A DNA stretch of 39,094 nucleotides from Tricharina praecox (taxonomy: Eukaryota), in NCBI RefSeq assembly GCF_024521635.1, contig NW_026250429.1:496001-535094 (forward strand). Reading direction: 5' to 3'. The stretch's first letter is position 1. The number at the start of each line of letters is the position of its first letter. This document shows, one piece after another, positions 1 to 11,372 of this stretch. A program made the position numbers and the translations under genes. The notes below the pieces were generated by a model. It worked only from the letters and a program-made list of their open reading frames with translations, did not search any database and was not told where the DNA came from.

Positions 1-689
1 CTGCTGTAGCAGGCGGGGAGATCGCCGGGTCCTCGTCGGCCGGGACTGCGGTTGCAGGGCGGGGTTTCTTCCCCCGAACATGTCTAGTCCTGACAGCGGG
101 AGGTGGAGCGACGGGCGCAGAAGGTGCTAGAACGGGTGGAGACGATGGAAATACCTCCTCTTCTTCCTTGACAGCGGGTGCAGCAGCAGCTGCTGGACGA
201 AACATCCTCCCGCGGACACGATCATCTTGCCGAGCCGGGCGTGGAATTGTAGGTGCTGGCGGTGCCACACCACCTACCTGCCGAGCCGGGTGTGGAATTG
301 TAGGTGCTGGGGGTGGTACACCACCTGCCTGCCTCGCAGCAGACCGGCGAGGCGGCACGTTCGTCGTCTTCACGCCGAGGATCTTCTTCCTCTCCTTGAA
401 CGCGCGGGTATCGGTGAATGGATCATCTTTGTCCGGCTGCTTTGGCGGCGGGACGTTCTCGCCCGCTGGCTCGGGGTTGTAGGCTGTTCTGTCAGTCTTG
501 GAACTCATTGACATATATGAAGGAAAGAGAAATGCGCATACTGGAACGAATGGCTGTGGCGCCGGAAGTTGGTTCATGGGCATCTGGGGAGCGGTACACT
601 TGGAAACGACGCTTCTTGTGCTTCTGCCCGGGGTTGGCTGCGGGTTTGGAGGGCTGTTTCTCCAGGAGGGCGGTATGTTTGGGAGGCAT
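1..689 (-). CDS. Hypothetical Pro/Ala/Arg-rich protein, 5' part only (runs off the left edge)
   Basis: ATG at 689 (MPPKHTALLEKQPSK...). Intron 541-484 (GTATGC...GACTGAC...AACAG, 58 nt) removes the in-frame TGA, and the frame then stays open to base 1 (...RSTYNPEPAGENVPPPKQPDKDDPFTDTRAFKERKKILG...). No domain recognised. Confidence 0.65.
229..330. repeat. 51-bp tandem duplication inside the hypothetical CDS (2 copies, 17-aa repeat)
   Basis: gccgagccgggcgtggaattgtaggtgctggcggtgccacaccacctacct (229-279) vs gccgagccgggtgtggaattgtaggtgctgggggtggtacaccacctgcct (280-330). Encodes RQAGGVPPPAPTIPHPA / RQVGGVAPPAPTIPRPA on the minus strand. Confidence 0.9.
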
Positions 690-919
690 TTCGGAGGAAG
701 AAAGTAGACGAAGGTACAAATCAAAGATCCTGGTAGCAAAATAGGCACACAGAGTCCAACAGATAGCTAGACTAGCAAGATTGAGAAATGAAGAAGGGTT
801 TAGGCCAAGGCGAAGAAGAGTTGAAGATCAAATGCAGAGTAGGAAATGAGGCAGTGCTGGAATGGAGAGATGTGGGTGCATTGGTACGATGGAGAGGATC
901 GATGCTGCTGTTATGGGTA

Positions 920-922
<3 letters not shown>

Positions 923-956
<34 letters not shown>

Positions 957-1023
957 GAAGAGAGAGAGTGGGATAGAGAGAGAGAGAGAGAGTGGAAGAG
1001 AGAGAGTGGGAGAGAGAGAGAGA
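923..1023. repeat. Compound (GA)n microsatellite
   Basis: About 100 bp of AG dinucleotides interrupted by cggaa/gtggg/gtgga. Confidence 0.95.
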
Positions 1024-1366
1024 ACATCAATTGATTGTCCCATTCGGCCTTTCTCGCATATGATACTTAGTAAACAGCTCTGACGTTGTACACTCAATTC
1101 CCTGTACCGAGTGACCCGAAATGAACCATGCAAATTTGGGCATTGCTATTGACCTTTGTAATTGCTATCGGAAATCGGTATCTCTGCGTCAAAAAGTACA
1201 TTCAATCATTATAAAGCAGTATTGGCCATTTGATTCCACCCCCCGTCAAGGCACAGATTAAACAAAATGCCCCGTCGTACGTACCGGCCATCACACAAGT
1301 CCCAACCTCTCGTTACACGATTCTAAGAGTGGATTTAGTATACTCGAGATGGGATTACCGGGCCGA

Positions 1367-2586
1367 TCATCGCTCGCTGTAGTCATTAAGCGCCACACAA
1401 ACGGCTCCGCGATGGTGTCCGTTGTACTGCCGGATGATCTGTTGGCTGTGTCCGGCATCGATCAGCATCTGTCTCACGAGAGGTGGGGTTGCCGTTGAGG
1501 CGACTCCGTACTTGCTCAGTTCCCAAAGCCTGGCAAAGTGGTCCGAGCAAGCAGTTACGAGGTAGGCGCTGTCCGCGCTGAATGCGCAGTCCCACACCCA
1601 TCGCTGGTGCCCGTGTAGTGTGGTCTCGAGTGTGAACTTCTTCTCGTCCACGGACCAGATCTTGGCGGTGTGGTCCGCCGAACACGTCGCGAGGTGTCGC
1701 ACATCGGGTGAAAGGAGGACCCGAGTGATGTACTTGGTGTGCGCTTGAAACTTGGTGACCGGCATGAGTTGTGTAACGTCGCGGTTCTGGATCATCCGCC
1801 ACACGTAGCAGTTGCCCTGGAAAGTCATTCGTCAGGCCAACCGTGGAGCCAAGGGGAATTGTAGGAAGGCATGCTACTGACTAGGTTGTTTCCAGCTACA
1901 AGCATACTGCCATCTGTCGCCACGGTAACACTCCGCACCGGAACGTCGTCTTCTGGTATCAACTGGTGCGTGCACTTATTTTCACCCAAATCCCAGATCC
2001 TCACATTCCCCGCCTGGTCACACGATATCAACTCTCCCTGGTTCGGATGTATGACGACGTCGTTGACCGGCGATCCATGAGGATAGTCACGCTGGACGAC
2101 ACCGGACCTCGTATCCCAAATCTTGACCGTTCCGTCTTCCGAAGATGTGACCATCCATTTACCTTCGCAGTGGAAGCCGACTCCCGTAACGTTGTTGGTG
2201 TGGCCTTCGAACTGGAGGATAGGATTGGGGTTGGAAGACTTGATATCGTATAACCGGACGGTAGTGTGGCCCGCCGCTGCGAGGAACCGTTTGTCCGGGG
2301 ATATGCAGAGTCGGTTTACTTGCGAGTCGGTGTGCTGGATTGTTCGTGAGCAGATCCCCGACAGAGCCTCCCAAAATCTTCGGACGCGCCTCCGGTTAGT
2401 ATGAGTTCCGCCAGCAGCGCGTGATGGACATGGCAACATACCTGATCGTATGGTCGTAACCAGCAGTCGCTGTGTCGCATGTTAGCTTCGAGTCCTCTTC
2501 CGTTCAATGCGCCCGCTCCTTGAACACTGGCAATCCAATTGGCTCTACAGGTTCTATTCGCCGAACGTACCCATGATAACACTCAT
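1367..2586 (-). CDS. LST8: TOR complex subunit LST8 (WD40 repeat protein), 307 aa
   Basis: Exons 2586-2571, 2469-2442, 2377-1882, 1816-1512, 1445-1367 (924 nt). The spliced N-terminus [45 protein letters not shown], internal GHQRWVWDCAFSADSAYLVTA and C-terminal YNGHHRGAVCVALND match LST8/Wat1/GbetaL signatures. Multiple GH...WD repeats. Confidence 0.96.
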
Positions 2587-2975
2587 GTTGTCGTCTGTTG
2601 GTGACGCGCAATAGCCGTCGTGGCTGCCGTCGGTGAAGGAATCAGAGCTTCGGTTAGGGCGATGGATGACGCACAGTACAAGCTATCGGCAGAGTCTCGA
2701 GCCGGATGGTAGAAGCCTTTCCTCGTTGTTGTCGGGCGAAACGGAATTATATACGTATGTGTAGGTTGGTGGTGGTTGGTGGTGCGGAGATGGTATTTGG
2801 ATCTTGAGCTCACACAGGTCACACAACGTTCCAGAAGCTCTCAAGGCGTCTGCCAAGCATTGCCTGTCAGTCGGTCATTAAAACGCTAGCGCCGACCCCA
2901 CCATCCCCACCACAACCTACCGGCGAACCCGAATAGCCCAAGCACCTCTCGACTCACAGCACAATACCACCATCA

Positions 2976-4543
2976 ATGGCCGACTCCCCTCAACCACCTG
3001 CGGTTCAGCCCGCTGTTTTACCGCATAAAGAAGTCGATGTTCCCGCTGCCGCCGCCGATGCGGCCGCTGCGACGAAAGGTCAAAACATTACGCCGTGGGA
3101 CGTGCAGGGCGAGGTGCTTGAAGACGGAAAGGTCGCTGCGATCGACTATGACAAGCTCATCAACCAGTTTGGCACGAAGCGTATCTCTCCGGAGCTCCTG
3201 GAGCGCTTCGAGAAGGTCACCGGTCACCGTCCTCATGTCCTGCTTCGGCGGAGCATGTTTTTCTCCCACCGCGACTTCGAGAGGATCCTCGACCGCTACG
3301 AGGCGGGAAAGCCGTTCTTTCTCTACACCGGTCGCGGTCCCAGTAGTGACAGCATGCACCTTGGACACATGATTCCCTTCCAGTTTACCAAGTATGACTT
3401 ACCTTGGACAGCGACGGAAGAGGGCTAATGAGACCGTTCCTGTCAGGTGGCTTCAAGACGTTTTCGACGTACCGCTCGTCATCATGCTTACGGACGACGA
3501 GAAGTTCCTTTTCAAGCAACAACTCACTATTCCGGACGTCAAGAAGTTTACGCGACAGAATGCAGCTGACATCATTGCTGTGGGTTTCGATGTTAAGAAG
3601 ACCTTTATCTTCAGCGACTTCGACTTCATGGGCGGCGCTTTTTACGAGAACGTGGTCAAAGTCTCTCGTTGTATCACTACCAATCAGGCCAAGAGCACTT
3701 TTGGCTTTACGGATGCGTATGTTCCCTTTCCTTTTCAAAGTCATACGTTGTGCGATGAGGCCAATAAATATCCCTGTAACCCATCTCAGGCTCCAGTGTC
3801 TCTGCACACCCCGCACAACTCTCTATGACATATATCTCGTACCGAGTGATTGCCAGAGCAACAAGCAAGCTGACCCGTGACTACCGCGTAGTGACAACAT
3901 TGGAAAGCTCCACTTCGCTTCAATCCAAGCCTCCACCTCCTTCGCTACGACCTTTCCCCATATCTTCGGTACCCACAGCAGTGTCCGCGACATTCCCGCT
4001 TTGATTCCCTGCGCCATCGACCAAGACCCTTACTTCCGCCTATGCCGTGATGTAGCACAGCGCCTGAAATACCAGAAGCCTTCTTTGATCCACTCGCAAT
4101 TCTTCCCAGCGCTCGGAGGCCCAGGCTCCAAGATGTCGGCGTCAATTGATTCTTCCGCCATCTTCATGTCCGATACCGCCAACCAAATCAAGAAGAAAAT
4201 CAACAGATACGCTTTCTCCGGTGGCCAGGAAACTGCCGAGGAACACAGGCGGCTGGGTGGAAATCCTGATGTCGATGTGCCGTTCCAATTCTTGTCGTTC
4301 TTTTTGGACGATGACGAAGAGTTGGAGACGTTGCGGACGACATACAAGAGCGGCGAGCTTTTGACTGGCGAAATGAAACAGCGCTGTATTGCTGTGCTGC
4401 AAGAGTACGTTGGTGGTTTCCAGGCTAGACGGAAACAGGTGACTCCTCAGATGATTGATGAGTTCATGGACTGCAAGCGTCCGCTGGTCTGGGTGCAGGG
4501 GAAAAAGGAGGAGAAGAAGGTGGAGGTCGAGGTAAGGAACTAG
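2976..4543 (+). CDS. WRS1: Cytoplasmic tryptophanyl-tRNA synthetase (class Ic), 445 aa
   Basis: Exons 2976-3391, 3447-3716, 3892-4543 (1338 nt). Motifs: [23 protein letters not shown] (HIGH-type), [37 protein letters not shown]. Confidence 0.97.
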
Positions 4544-4815
4544 AAGGGCTTTAGCTGGTGAATACGGGGGAGTACTTTCTTTTTTCGGTGGCTAAAGCGA
4601 GTGAGAAGTTTTGAAGACTTAGTACGGTTTTCCTATATCCAGCTTAGCGTCCTAGACACACTTTACGATTCCGAGTGGTTATTTGTGAAGTGTACTCTCA
4701 GTCACGTGCGAGCTAGCCAAGCCTTAAGCTGCTGCGCGCCCGCGACCGACAAAACAATCACCGCTGCCTCACGTCTTCCTACCACCACAGCTCGCATCGA
4801 TACACCACAATCACC

Positions 4816-7800
4816 ATGTTCTCACCGCAACCACACTCTGGAGATATTCCACTCAACCCAGCCGCACGTAGCAGAAGACCGCGGCCGTCGCGTCCGACCT
4901 CTAGGGTACAGCAGCGTCATGAGAGATCAGCCAGTGGCCTGTCTGTTGCCGGCAGCACCAAGGAAGACTCGGTGATTCTACTACGGCAGGATTCGGAGAG
5001 CGTAACGAACGCCAGTGCAGACGTTTCTTTAATCCGAAAGCAATCTACTGGACTGGGCGGAAAAGAGCAGGATGGCAGTTCGACTGATTTGGTGTGTGCG
5101 CCTTGATCTGGCTTCGCGCGACGGATGTTTACTAAATGTGTAGACCAAAAACGAAAAATACCGGGTCTCCAAACTTCCTGGGCTGCCGAAGATTCTTAGT
5201 GAGAGTGCTTGTATGATTCTCTTTCCTGTGGTATGCGCACTGGGTCCGTTAGTTGACTTAGGGAACAGCAAACAACATACGCGTTACAGCTTCCACCGAT
5301 TCCGCCCACCGCTATGCCCTCCTACTTTCCCACGATTGTGCCTACGTATGGGAATACACCGTACCCCACGCCTTACCACTCACCTTCTCGTTCCCCCTGC
5401 CGCGCGAAGGACCAGCAGACGCGAATGCTCCCTTCCCGCTCGGAGCGCTGGTTTCGCCCTCGGCCAACAGCCAAGAGCCCGGGCTTGTTGTGATCATGCC
5501 CATGACCGGTCGGATAGCCTACTGGGATGCCGTCGGTAGTGCGGTATCGGAGGGTCTGTTTGCGAAGAGACGAGGTGTCGAGGGCAAGGTGCCAACAATG
5601 TCCAACGAGATCATCACATCGGTGTGCAATGCGGAACCGGCAGGATTCATTATTTCTACGAGCTCTGGGAGACTTGCGCACTTGGCGCTGAGAGACGCTG
5701 CAGGACGACCCGGGGTGACGGTAACCATCATGAGGGGAACCACTGGTCTGGGCGGTTTGCTTGGTGCTTTGAGGGCTGGCAGCAATCGTCGGGATATTGC
5801 GGCTGTACGTTCTGGAAAATCCTTACGCATGGGCGAACGGGAGGTCCTTGTTTGCACGGAGCGCGGAATCTTCTCTCGGTGGCATATCAACCGGTCCGGA
5901 AATTACGCCAATACGACAGATGTGGACTTGCGGGTGCAGATCCAGACTGCCCTCTCAGGCGAGAAGGCTCTCCAAGGGAAGAACATAGACGGACTACATG
6001 TGATCGACTTTCAAGTTGCCAGTTACGTCGACAGCGGAATTCCGGGCCAGGAAGATGCTGTCCGCCTCCTAGTACTGACGGGTATGATGTCAACCAACAA
6101 TCACTCCGCGACCTATGCTCTGGTCTCCTTGGATGTTCTGGCCAGTGGAAGTTCCATCGTGGGCAGTGTTCACGTCATCAAGTCGTACGCTACGGGCTGG
6201 GAGACTAGCACGTCGCCGAAGCTGTATTTCCCTTCACCGAAGAAGACCGTTTTTGTGGTGTTTGGCAAGGCAGTCGTGGTGATCTCTGGATTAACACGAG
6301 AGCGGGGGATGGATGGCGAAGATCAGGGTGCATTTGAAGATGTCATTGATTTCCGAAGTGACCTTCACATTGAAATTGTTGGAAGTGGTTCGGAGGGCGT
6401 GGGTGACGACTTGGTGGGTGGCGAGGCCTCGTTTACATCAGATCAGGGTCACATCAGGCGGATCAAGAATCCAGGAGTTGTGTTGGTTGCCAAGGGGGCT
6501 GGCATCCTCAGAGTGGAGGCTTTCGACATCGGACATGCCACGGTCACCGCCCCTGTTACAGTGAAGAGCAAGCTGGAGCAGGCCGTCTTCTTTGGAACAA
6601 AGCGTGATGTAAGAACCATTCAAATCTACCCGTCTGCAAAACTAATATCGTTTAGAATCCCCTCAACTTCTCTGGACGGCGCGAGGTCAAATTCCCGGTT
6701 GAGGAGCTGGAGGAAGCAGCGCTTGAGGTTAGCCGAGAGATCCTCTGCTCCAGGTCGCCATATATGCCGACGATGCTACCATCACTCGGAAGCCACCTTG
6801 AGATGAGATCGACACACTTGCGGAATCTCATGACACACCTGAAGACGGGAGCGTTCGGTCGCGTTTCAAAAGGAGTACGCTGGCGACTTCTCCAAGATGC
6901 CGAGAAGTGCGAAGCTGCAGGCGCTCTCTGGGATGTGCGAAACGAACGCCTACGGGAAGACCCCACCGAGGCGGATGGTGTGTTGGAGGCCGTCATCGCA
7001 GCAGAATTCCCTCCGGACGACACCGATGTAGCTGCTAGCAACGATCCTACTCGAGCGTGGTTCCAACGTGGGGTTCAGGATATCGGGCGGCTACTTCACA
7101 GCGTCAAGAAAGGCTATGCTAGCTTGCCCAACCAGGGGAAGCAGAACAGGCTGGCCTTCGCCATTGCCGATTGCGAGGCGAACGACTTGGTTCTTGGTGC
7201 ACTTAAGAAGGCCTGGGAATTCCGAGCGGAGTCTGCAACCTCGTACGGCCTCGCGGGAGAGAATGGCGTCGGTAAGAATGGGTTTCTCCGGGTTTCCAAG
7301 GGATACATGGCACCATGGACTAGCGAGACGAGCCTCCTCGAGGCCTTGGCACAGCAATATCTTGTCAGCGAGGCTATATTGCGAACCTTCCTAGGACCAT
7401 CCGATGATGTAAAGCGCAACGAAGTATTCCAAACCATGGTTTTACAGCTCGTCCTGCTGGCAGAAACCACCTGTAAGGCCTTCTTGGAACGAGCGACCTG
7501 GGGCGAGCAACAGATTGGGGTTGCGGGAGAGGAGTTTGTTGAAGAGGCGAAGTACGTGCGCGAGCGATATGAGGCCACCCGTGGTGAATGGATTAAGCCT
7601 CTGGTCACATACGGGGAGTTGGACTCAGCTTATCGCATCGCGGAAGATTACGAGGACTTTAAGACTCTGGTGGAGATTTGCTATGGCGAACTTAAGAAGA
7701 ACGAAATTGCCATCAAGGAGGCGACAACGAAGCAGGAGGATTCGGAGCCATTCACGGAAGAAATAGAGGCAATAAGTGACAGACTGGAGAGCTATTTCCA

Positions 7801-8954
7801 GCGGTTTGGTGGGGATTTTGCCATGCCGCTGTACGAATACCTGGTCGAAAACAACATGCTGTACACTCTTCTCGGCGACTTTGACGGCTGGCGCGAGAGG
7901 TACTTGACGCCGTTCCTCCGCAAGGATCCCAAGTACGCAAAAGTTTCCTGGATTCACGACGTGGGTCTCGGCGACTACGAGACTGCTGCCAACACACTCT
8001 TGTCGGTAGCTGCACAGAAAGAGGGTCTGTTGCTTAATCAGCAAATCCAACTCTCCATTGGCAAGCTTGCGAAGTTGGCCGCTCTCGAAAACAGAGGTGC
8101 GACTGAGGACGACGTGGAAGAAGAGCTGGATCAATACGACACGAAATTGGAGTTGATCAAAATCCAGCAGAAACTGTATGCGATCGTTAAGGACATCACC
8201 CACAGCGCCATCGACGTTGACGCGGCCGTACAACTCGGCACCGACGAGTACGGCAGGAAGGTCAGGAAGAGCCCAGCCACGAAAGAGGTATTCCGTCATG
8301 CATTCAGGGAGCTGGTCTCGGGCAAGGTGCTCAAGGTTGAGGATCTGGTCGAGTTGCTCACGATCATGGAGCCGACTGATGGCCCTCTGATGGAGGGTGA
8401 GTCATTCGGTATGGCTCTCAATGCGCTTGGTTTGGCCGGCTTGCCGAAAGCTCAGAGACAGTTCGTCGAGGCGACGATCTGGCGAAGATGTTATCTACGC
8501 GATGAGTACGTGTGCCTCCTTTCACATCACTCACTCCCTCATACTAACTTGCATCGCTAGCTGGACCCACATAATATCCACCCGCGGCCGCACCGACGAA
8601 GATGTAACCGAGCTCTCCCGGCAAACCAGCGTCTTTACCACGCTGGTGTACTGCTACCAAAACGGCCTATTCGAATCTAGGTCTCCCTTCCAGCCTCTGA
8701 GTCCCGAAGCATGCCTCTGGTCCGAGAACACGGACGAGATCCGAGCCCGCTTCCCAGGCGCAACCGAAGAGGAGCTTCTTGCCTTCGCTCATGATCTCTC
8801 TGAGGAGAATAGACGCCTCAAGAGACACATGGCCAAGGGTGACATGCAGGCTTGGTTCCATGGTATGGACGCTCAGGCGCAGGAGGAGACGAGGCGGATG
8901 AATGACGAGGAGGACGAGGAGGAGGATGCGGATGGCGATGTTACCATGGAGTAG
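4816..8954 (+). CDS. NUP133: Nucleoporin Nup133/Nup132 (N-terminal beta-propeller plus alpha-helical C-terminal domain), about 1308 aa
   Basis: Exons 4816-5091, 5144-5210, 5269-6608, 6656-8505, 8561-8954 (3927 nt), all GT-AG with branch points. Fungal Nup133-like segments: TKNEKYRVSKLPGLP, EPGLVVIMPMTGRIAYWD, KSKLEQAVFFG...NPLNF, AKVSWIHDV, LSIGKLA, IWRRCYLRDDW. Confidence 0.88.
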
Positions 8955-9773
8955 ATTTAGATTTTGCTTTTAGTTGTGCAAGGAGTGCTAGGGGGGCATG
9001 GCGTGGGGGATTTGTATTGATAATGGATCGACCTACTTAGCGGATGATGTGCATGAGTGAGAGAGGATGTAAGAGATTGCGATGACTTTGGAATACCTTT
9101 TCACGTCTCGCCTGCAGGCTGCTGGGGCATCGTCGAACGTGAGTCGTGACGTCTATGTAGCAATGGACTTTCCATCCTAGAAATACCTAGGCCGACGCCA
9201 GAATTCATGCTGCAGGCTGTATTGCATCCTCTGCGCCTCGTTATGTTCATTCAGCCTACCTAGCACCTATCCACACCAAGTCTAAGGCATGGTCAAGATC
9301 TGTGCCAAATGACGGAGTGCACGTAAATCCCACAGCCTCAGCCTCAGCCCAAATACCTCCCTCTAGTTAACCTACGGACGAGGACAGCACCAAGCAGTTC
9401 ACTAGTGAAAAACCCACGACATCGGGCTTCCCTCTTATTTCCAACCGCCATTTTACGTGTACCGGTGAGTCTCATTCATCCTACGAGACAAGATATGTCT
9501 GCCCGAACCTGAGGGTTTTCAATTTCAGGCAAGCAAGTAATGCAAATCAAAGCAATGCCCAACTCCGCTATTTCTCAAGTTCTCAACAGGCGTATCGACT
9601 CGCGAGATGATGCTTGGAACTTGAAAGTCGGATAGGTACATGGTACCTAGGTAGATCTGGATACCGATATTTTCGGATCCACGAGGGAAGCGAGTGCGAT
9701 ATCTGACATCTGAGGTAGTCGGGGAGTACTCGAGCACTCGACTATACTTATAGGTACATGTACATGTAAGAAA

Positions 9774-9791
9774 GTAGGTAGGTAGGTAGGT
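9774..9791. repeat. (TAGG)n short tetranucleotide repeat
   Basis: gtaggtaggtaggtaggt. Confidence 0.7.
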
Positions 9792-10495
9792 GCTGGTGAT
9801 GTTTGAAGAAGTTTCATTCACCGCCTAGGTATCTCCATCTCGCCCACAGCTTAGACTACTATGCATCACAGCCCTTCCTTCGATGGCAGGCTATGGCTGA
9901 GCGGGACAGCAAAGTAGCAACATAAGCTTGGATTTCCGCAGTTACCTGCATCCTATGCGTATCTACTTAAATATGTGTAGTGTAGAGTAGTTGAAGCCGC
10001 GAAACCGAACCACTCTCGGCCGATTGGACGATAGTACTACCAACCCTAACCAAACAGCTAGCCACCAAATCAAGTCGCAAGAGGCCATTCAAGATCAAGA
10101 TGGTCACTCTACTCTACTCTAGTCAGCACTGCGTCCAGCGAGCAGCGAGCAGTTATTTGTTTATACCATCATAGAACACATAACTATTGCAGACAATGTG
10201 CTGGCACGGGAAACGAACATGCTGTATAAGTAGCTATGCTACGGGATGGGATGGGTGAAAGTGCAATATGGCGGCGAAGCAGTGAGCAGTAAGCACCACT
10301 GGCGAGCCTCGAGCGTGGAGGGGGCCGTTGGACGTGAGGATTATAGGTACATTTTCGTTGTATAGCTCTAGCTACCAGTAGAGTACACCCGTAGGCCGTA
10401 GCTATAGTATATCCGATGAGACGGGGAGGGGATTGGCCCGATCGCACGCGTATTCAGCAGCCAATACTCCTACCCACCGTCTGTCCAATGGGACG

Positions 10496-10517
10496 GAGAG
10501 AGAGAGAGAGAGAGAGA
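10496..10517. repeat. (GA)n microsatellite
   Basis: Perfect AG run. Confidence 0.9.
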
Positions 10518-11029
10518 TTTTCCTGTTTTATATCGCATGCAGCCGAGGTATCTAGACTATGGCGAAACAATCGGACGGAGTGGAAGGTATATCGACGGGC
10601 ATCCAGTCACTGATCGAGTGAAGTCGATGATCGAGTGATAGTGACCATGGGTGTCGCCTAGGACTCGAGAGGCACCTCGGAGTCGCCGCATCTTGCGCCT
10701 CACGAGCCTTGAGACCCCATTCCGTCTCGCTATTCCGCCCTCGCCACTTCACTGTGTAGGACGAGGAAAGTTCGACAAATATCTTGGACGACGGAGAAAA
10801 CACTGGGTGGAGTGTGGATGTTCCCACACCCCACGCTTTGTATCACAGCCTCGATTCGACATTCAGACTTCAGACTTCATCGTCATAAACTTTTATTACC
10901 ACCAGAGACAGACCACTAGACAGACCGACACAAGTTGCATGCAATGCGTAAGATAGAAAAGTTGAGTAAGTAGAACCAAGTAACACATTAAGACGCAGCC
11001 CGCGTCGACACGGACATCACATCTCATCC

Positions 11030-11372
11030 ATCTACACTTCCTCTCCTCCTCCCCAACCCACCTCCACCACCCCTTCCCCTACCGCCCTGTTCCCATTCCC
11101 TCCACCTGCCCGTTCCCTTCCTATTCCCTCCACCTACCCGTTCCCTTTCCTTTCCTTCCCTTCCCATTCCCTTCCCCTCCACCTCCCAGTTCCCTTTCCC
11201 TTTCCTTCCCATTCCCTTCCTATCCCATCCCGTTCCTTCCATGCGTACCCCACCACCACTACCACTCCACCTTCCCACTTCCCCATCTTCCACCTTCCCA
11301 CATCGCCATCGACTCGACTCGAACACATTCATTACTCACCCCCCGCCACACCCCTCCTCATCACCCCTCCCC
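11030..11372. repeat. Polypyrimidine/polypurine low-complexity tract (CCCTT/CCCATT-rich; GGG-run-rich on the minus strand) downstream of the CK1 gene
   Basis: Plus strand is almost entirely C/T with recurrent ttccc/attccc units. Confidence 0.8.

Noticed and set aside
788..1133. ORFs with ERERER / SLSLSL peptides
   Set aside because: Translations of the (GA)n microsatellite; no coding features.
3747..3819. Genuine tRNA gene or canonical C/D snoRNA in the TrpRS intron
   Set aside because: No TTCG/T-loop, no D-loop GG and no proper anticodon stem. The C box would be GCGATGA with no paired CTGA other than the branch point. Kept only as a structured-element hypothesis.
9000..11000. Possible transposon relic in the NUP133-CK1 intergenic region
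   Set aside because: No terminal repeats or transposase/RT motifs recognisable; only TAGG/GA simple repeats and short palindromes.
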